Of a DNA stretch of 64,000 nt, positions 54,170-59,946 are shown piece after piece. Where the stretch lies: assembly GCA_964247055.1 (NCBI GenBank), contig OZ176051.1, positions 10,602,001 to 10,666,000 on the forward strand, read 5' to 3'. The DNA comes from Paragordius varius (Eukaryota > Animalia > Nematomorpha). The notes beneath the pieces were generated by a model. It ran no database searches, was not told where the DNA came from, and saw only the letters and a list, made by a program, of their open reading frames with translations. A program made the position numbers and the translations under genes. Position 1 is the stretch's first letter, and every line of letters starts with the position of its first letter.

Positions 54170-57100
54170 AAAGTAATTAATAAGGGCTTCGCTACTTTAA
54201 AAATTCTAAATTTATTACATTTATTTGAAATTTCTTAAAAAGTTTTAAAATTAAATTTTAACAAAAACCTGGTGAGGATGTTGTTTCTTCAGTTATAACT
54301 GACGTTACAGGCGACTCCATTGTTGTTGACTCAGACCCAGCTATATTTATAATAAAAGTTTAACAATTGAGGTGTGGTTATTTATTAATTATTTTTACCT
54401 ATATTCAAAAATAAAATTGTCCTAAATATTAAATAATACCAGTTGTGGATGAAGATATGACTGGGGATGATGTTGTATCTCCAGATCCTGAATCTAATTG
54501 CACAATTATTAAAGATTAAAATAAGTAAAAGTCTAAGAGGTGGTGTATCATCTAATTTATATTTAAATTATATCAATCTTAATTTGCCATGCAAAATGAA
54601 GAGCAGACAAGTATTAAGCAACATAAGCTTAACCCATTTTTATTTGTGCTTTTTTGCTTATAACATTTAATAATTTTGGTTATAATTTGATATTATCTGA
54701 ACCAAGAACTCAATGAGAAATATTTTAGTCTATAGTTATAACTACTATAAACTGAAGACTGATACATGGTGTTATAATGTTAAGCGGATGCGAAATAGTT
54801 TTATTATTTAAAAGCTGGAATACCAGTTGTGGTTGTGTCAAGAGAAGGCGTGGTTCCTTCACTTCCTATTGTCGTTTCAGGGGTAGTTTCAATAGTTGTA
54901 CTTGTGGACCCTGACCCAGATTCTATTGTAAGTTTTGAATATTATTATACATTCTCATGTAATATATTTTGTCGATATAAAGTTTTTACTATGATATTAT
55001 AAATGATATACCATTTACAGTTCAAATTTACCCTTGAACAATTCAAATTCCCCTTCAAACAAAAATTCAAATTCACTCTAAAATTAAATTATGTGTTTTC
55101 AAACTAATATAACTCATTATTAATATAAAATATATTTTATGGCCTAATTAATTATGTTTTTAGTATTATTTTAATTTAAAACAAAAAATTTTATTTTTTT
55201 AAAATATATTAAAAAATAGGTAATTTTTAATCAAAAAACATGTTATTTATATGAGGGTGATTTTGAATTTGAATCAAGGGTGAATTTAAACTATAAATGG
55301 TACATTCTGCGAAAAAATAAATTTTAATAATTTACCTTCGGTTGTAGTTATAACAGAAGGAGTGGATGTCATTGTTGAGGCTGTGGAAGTTTCGGAACTA
55401 GTTGACGCTGAAACAGTTGAGGTGGAATCTATTGGCCCTAATAATGAATTTCTATAACATTGGCCAAATGCATTAAAGTATGAAGAACTATTTTTTAAAA
55501 TGCTGTTTTTCATTTTTTATTTTTAGATTATTATGCAATTATTCATAAAAGGTAATTCTTACAAATCATATAATCAAAGATTTGTTTAAATTTTGCGAAT
55601 TATACCTGTCGTTGTTGAGTTATATGATGCAGGTGTTGTATCTTCAGTAATGACGGATGTTTTTGGCGACGTTACAGTAGTTGTAGATAAGCCAGAACCT
55701 CCATCTATTACAAAAAATTATTTAAATATTCCCAATTTTTTTGAAAAATTTTTGACATTTTTTTATCAAGCAAACCTTGAGTTGTTGTGGACTCTTGGGA
55801 TACTGTTGTGGATTCAGAACCTAAAAATATTTATATCTTATTTAACCCTGTTAATGAAGAATTCTTTATAATATTTGTAATAATTTATCTTGTAAAAAAA
55901 ATAATAATCTTATTTTATTGCAAAACCATTTAGTCTGTCTCATTATCTAATAATTTATATTGTCAAAATCATTGTTTTGAGCTAACAGAATCATGTCGAA
56001 ATTTCAAAAAAACTACTAATCATTTGAGAAATTTGTATTAATAGAGTTAAACTATAAATATGCCAAATATTCCTAAAATATATTTTTTTATCAGATTTAA
56101 TAAAAAGCAGGATAATATTTTGCTTATAGTTACTCGGTACCACGGTGAAAATTAAAATTTATCCAAATTAACTGCTTTATATTTAAACTTTATTTTATTA
56201 TATTGTAAGGTTATAATCCGTTATATTCTTAATATATTTAATTCCATACTGCTTTCTGTGGTTGTCACTGTAATTGTTGAACTTTCTGTTGGGGAAACGG
56301 TGGTTGTACCTTTTTAATATAACATTATTTAAAATCATTCATATTTATTGATATAATTATATATCTATAAAATTCAATACTTTCGATAGATGGTGTGATT
56401 GGACAATCTGGGTTAGCTGTGGTTGTTTGAACAAAAGTAGTTGCTAAAAATATTTTTTATAAAATTAAGCGTACGATAATAATACAGTAAAAATAAAAAT
56501 TATACTATGGACAAAACGTAATAATACAAAAACAAATATTTTTTTTTAATAGACAACCCTACTTTTTTAACCTTAATTTTTCCTGACAACAATAAGTAAT
56601 AATTAAATAAATTGAATTTGAAAAAATATGGTTGTCTTGTAAAAAAATTTGTCCTTACATTTTTACATTTTCTCGGTATAATTCATTTTTTTAATAATTA
56701 CTTTCCACGGTTGAGGAAATTGTTGATTCTGTTGATGTTATGGGACTGGTCGTAGACGATTCCTCTTGTGGAGTTGTTGAAAGAGTTGTAGTATCTTCTG
56801 AAACTATAGATAAAAATACACGAATCATAATTATGACAATGTGCCAGTTTTGGGATATGTTTTAGAGACTCAAAATTATTTTTATATGAAATGAATGATA
56901 GCAATCAAATCAAATAAAATTTGGGAGGCCTAATAAAATAAAAATGTATTAAGCATCAGATGCATATCAACATTAATATATTAATACTCCTAACAATTTG
57001 GTTTTACTAAAAGGTAAATATTCAACATTTTTAATCTAAATCATGCAACATCGCTATGTAAGCTATTTGAATATCACTGATTTTCATAAAAGATCATCAA

Positions 57101-59888
57101 ATATTTTATGCTTACACCTGGTATAAAATACTTATAAAAAAATTTAAATTTAAACAAAATATAACCATACATCATATTTAAATAAATATAATATATAATA
57201 ATTATTAAAAATTACCCGTGGTGGTTGTTTCGAATCGTCCAGGGGTAGTCTTTTCCGTAATGACTGATGTGACAGGTGATGAAACTGTAGTTGTAGAGTC
57301 AGATTCCTCATCTATACAGAGCATAATTTCAAAATATAATATATATATAAATGTTAAATTCAGGAATCAAGATAACAAAAAATATTAAATGTGATAAAAC
57401 CTTTAGGTGTCGTAGACTCTACTGACATGGTTGTTGTAGATCCTGTGCATTAAAAATCAAATTATAAATAAATTGATCTCTATATTATACCATTTACAAT
57501 TCAAATACACCCTTGAACAATTCAAATCACCCTTGAACAATTCAAATTAACCCTAAAAATAAATTAAATGGTTTCGGGCTAATATAACTCATTATTAATA
57601 TGAAAGATATCTTGATGTCATAGTTTATTATTTTTTCATTACTATTTAAATTTTAAACAAAATTTCATTTTTTTCAAAATATAAAAAATATAAGTAATTT
57701 TAAATCTTAAAAAAAAACACTTAATTGAATTGTTCGAAGGTGAATTTGAATTGTTTAAGGGTGATTATGAATAAATGGTATATTTTTTTAGAAAGTTAAG
57801 TAAAGATTAGGTTCAAAATGATTTAAGGATATTTTACCGCTTCCGCCAGGAGTAACTGTTATTGTGGAACCTTCTGTGGTGGAAACCGTTGTGGTGCCTT
57901 AAAAAGTAGATTTAGGTTATTTTTGTATAGAGAGGATGACTGTCATTTTTTTATATAAATATTTAATATGGTTATGTTAGTTTACTTTCGATGGTTGGGG
58001 TTGTTGGACAATCTGGGTTAGCAGTGGTGGTTGTTTCCATAACTGGAGTTGTTGCTAACATTTAAAATATTATTTTAACACTTCGATTCAAATTGTGGTT
58101 AAATAACCCAGACTAATTTTGAGTTAAGATTTTTAAAAAACTACTGAATGAAACGGTCCCAATTTAAATTTATGCTTTTATCCTAATAAAATTATATAAA
58201 TATGTCAAATATCTAAATAAAATTTTGTTTTGAAAAAAAGTTCCATGTCAGACGCCATTTTTATTTCACAAAATTTTTGCAACATATCGTCTTCATTTAA
58301 TTTTAAGGGTAAAATTAAACCTAATTTTTTATTTAAATTACATCTAACATTGATAGAAATAGAAAAAGCGATTTGTATTTATTTTAATTTTACCATTGCA
58401 CACATGTCACGTTGACTAAATTTGTACCTTTCGGTCTTAGCTTAGAATAATTAATTAAGTATTTTTTAATAAAAAATTTTATATGTTATATAAGTACAAA
58501 ATTTTGCAATGGTTTTGATTCCTTCTATATATTTTAAAGAATTTTGAAACAGGCCTGGGGTATATAATACCCCAATTTAAATCGCCGGACTAAAATGAAT
58601 GTGTTATATCCAAGTGTTAATAAAATAAATATGGCCAATAAACTTGAAATTATTTTTAATTTTTAATATATATTACTTCTGCCACTTGAAGAAGTTGTTG
58701 TTGATTCTGAGGGGGTGGGACTAGTTGTGGATGTTTGATCTTTCTCAGTGGTGCTTGAAAGAGTTGTGGTACTTTCTGAACCAACTTTACATACATTTGA
58801 AAAAAATGTTTAAAATATCAACACAAGAAATAATTCATGTTGCACACATATACTATAAATAATTTAATATTTTTTGTTAGTAAACCTTATTTTATATCAT
58901 TTTTATGTTATATTTAGATTTTAATTTTTCAGAACTATACATAATGAAAATTTTACACTCTATACTTTTAGATTTTTGTAACATTAGACCCACATTGTAT
59001 AATAATGGGCTACACCCAAATTCAGCCATTTAAATGAAAAAGAATGGAAGCACAACCGAAACCATAATAAATTTGGCAAAAAATTCTTTGGATTTAAAAT
59101 GAACAATCCATGACGGAACTTAAAACTATTTTATTAATTTCTTTTGATCTAAATGCGAAATATTCATTTTGGCTCATAACGTATCAAATGATAGATGCAT
59201 AAACATAAACCTTATTTTACACCCCTTTTTTCATTATAACATATCTGTAAAGTAGTTGTAAATTAGTGAAAACCTTGAGGAGTAGTTGTGGTAGAAGAAT
59301 CTATGCTGGGAGTAGATCCAGCCGTACTTTTTACTGAAGAAGATGCCGTTGTTGAAAGCGGCGTGGATTTTGATGAGGTTTCTCGGGAAACGGTAGAGGT
59401 TTGGGCTGTACTAGAAACGGTTGAACTGGAATCGGTTTCTAAAATTATATAAAATACAGTAAAAATTTTAAAAAAAATATAAATATCAATTAAACTCTTA
59501 AATTTTCCTATAAAACAATTTACAATTTTATATTATATTTTATATAGAGAGTGCAAACATCTTCATTTACTATATTGCAACTCAAAACGATATGTAATAA
59601 TTAGAAATGGTAAAAAAAATTGGTTGTCTTTTTTTAGAAAAATTTTCTTCCTTTTTGTTTTGTCACTGCAATTTTAATTTTTATTTTTAATACCTTTAAA
59701 AATGTTATTTTATTTATGTTTCTAATTTTCAGATAACTAAAACTAATAATATCCATATTTTATCATTATTTGGTAAAAATTTAATATTTTATAGTATAAA
59801 CCTTGGGTAGTAGTTTCTTGCGTTGTGGATTGACTGGCCATTGTGGTATTATATTCTGAAGGCGTAGTTTTACCAGTTACAACTATTA

Positions 59889-59946
<58 letters not shown>

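Noticed and set aside
44231-55871. Plus-strand Val-rich ORFs (44231-44440, 50527-50763, 55593-55871 and similar)
   Set aside because: They are antisense shadows of Thr/Ser-rich minus-strand exons, whose reverse complement lacks stops.
57111-57125. Adjacent acceptor and donor (cag GT gtaag) suggesting a 2-nt micro-exon or recursive splice site
   Set aside because: A 2-nt exon would break the otherwise continuous frame, and the motif is short enough to occur by chance.
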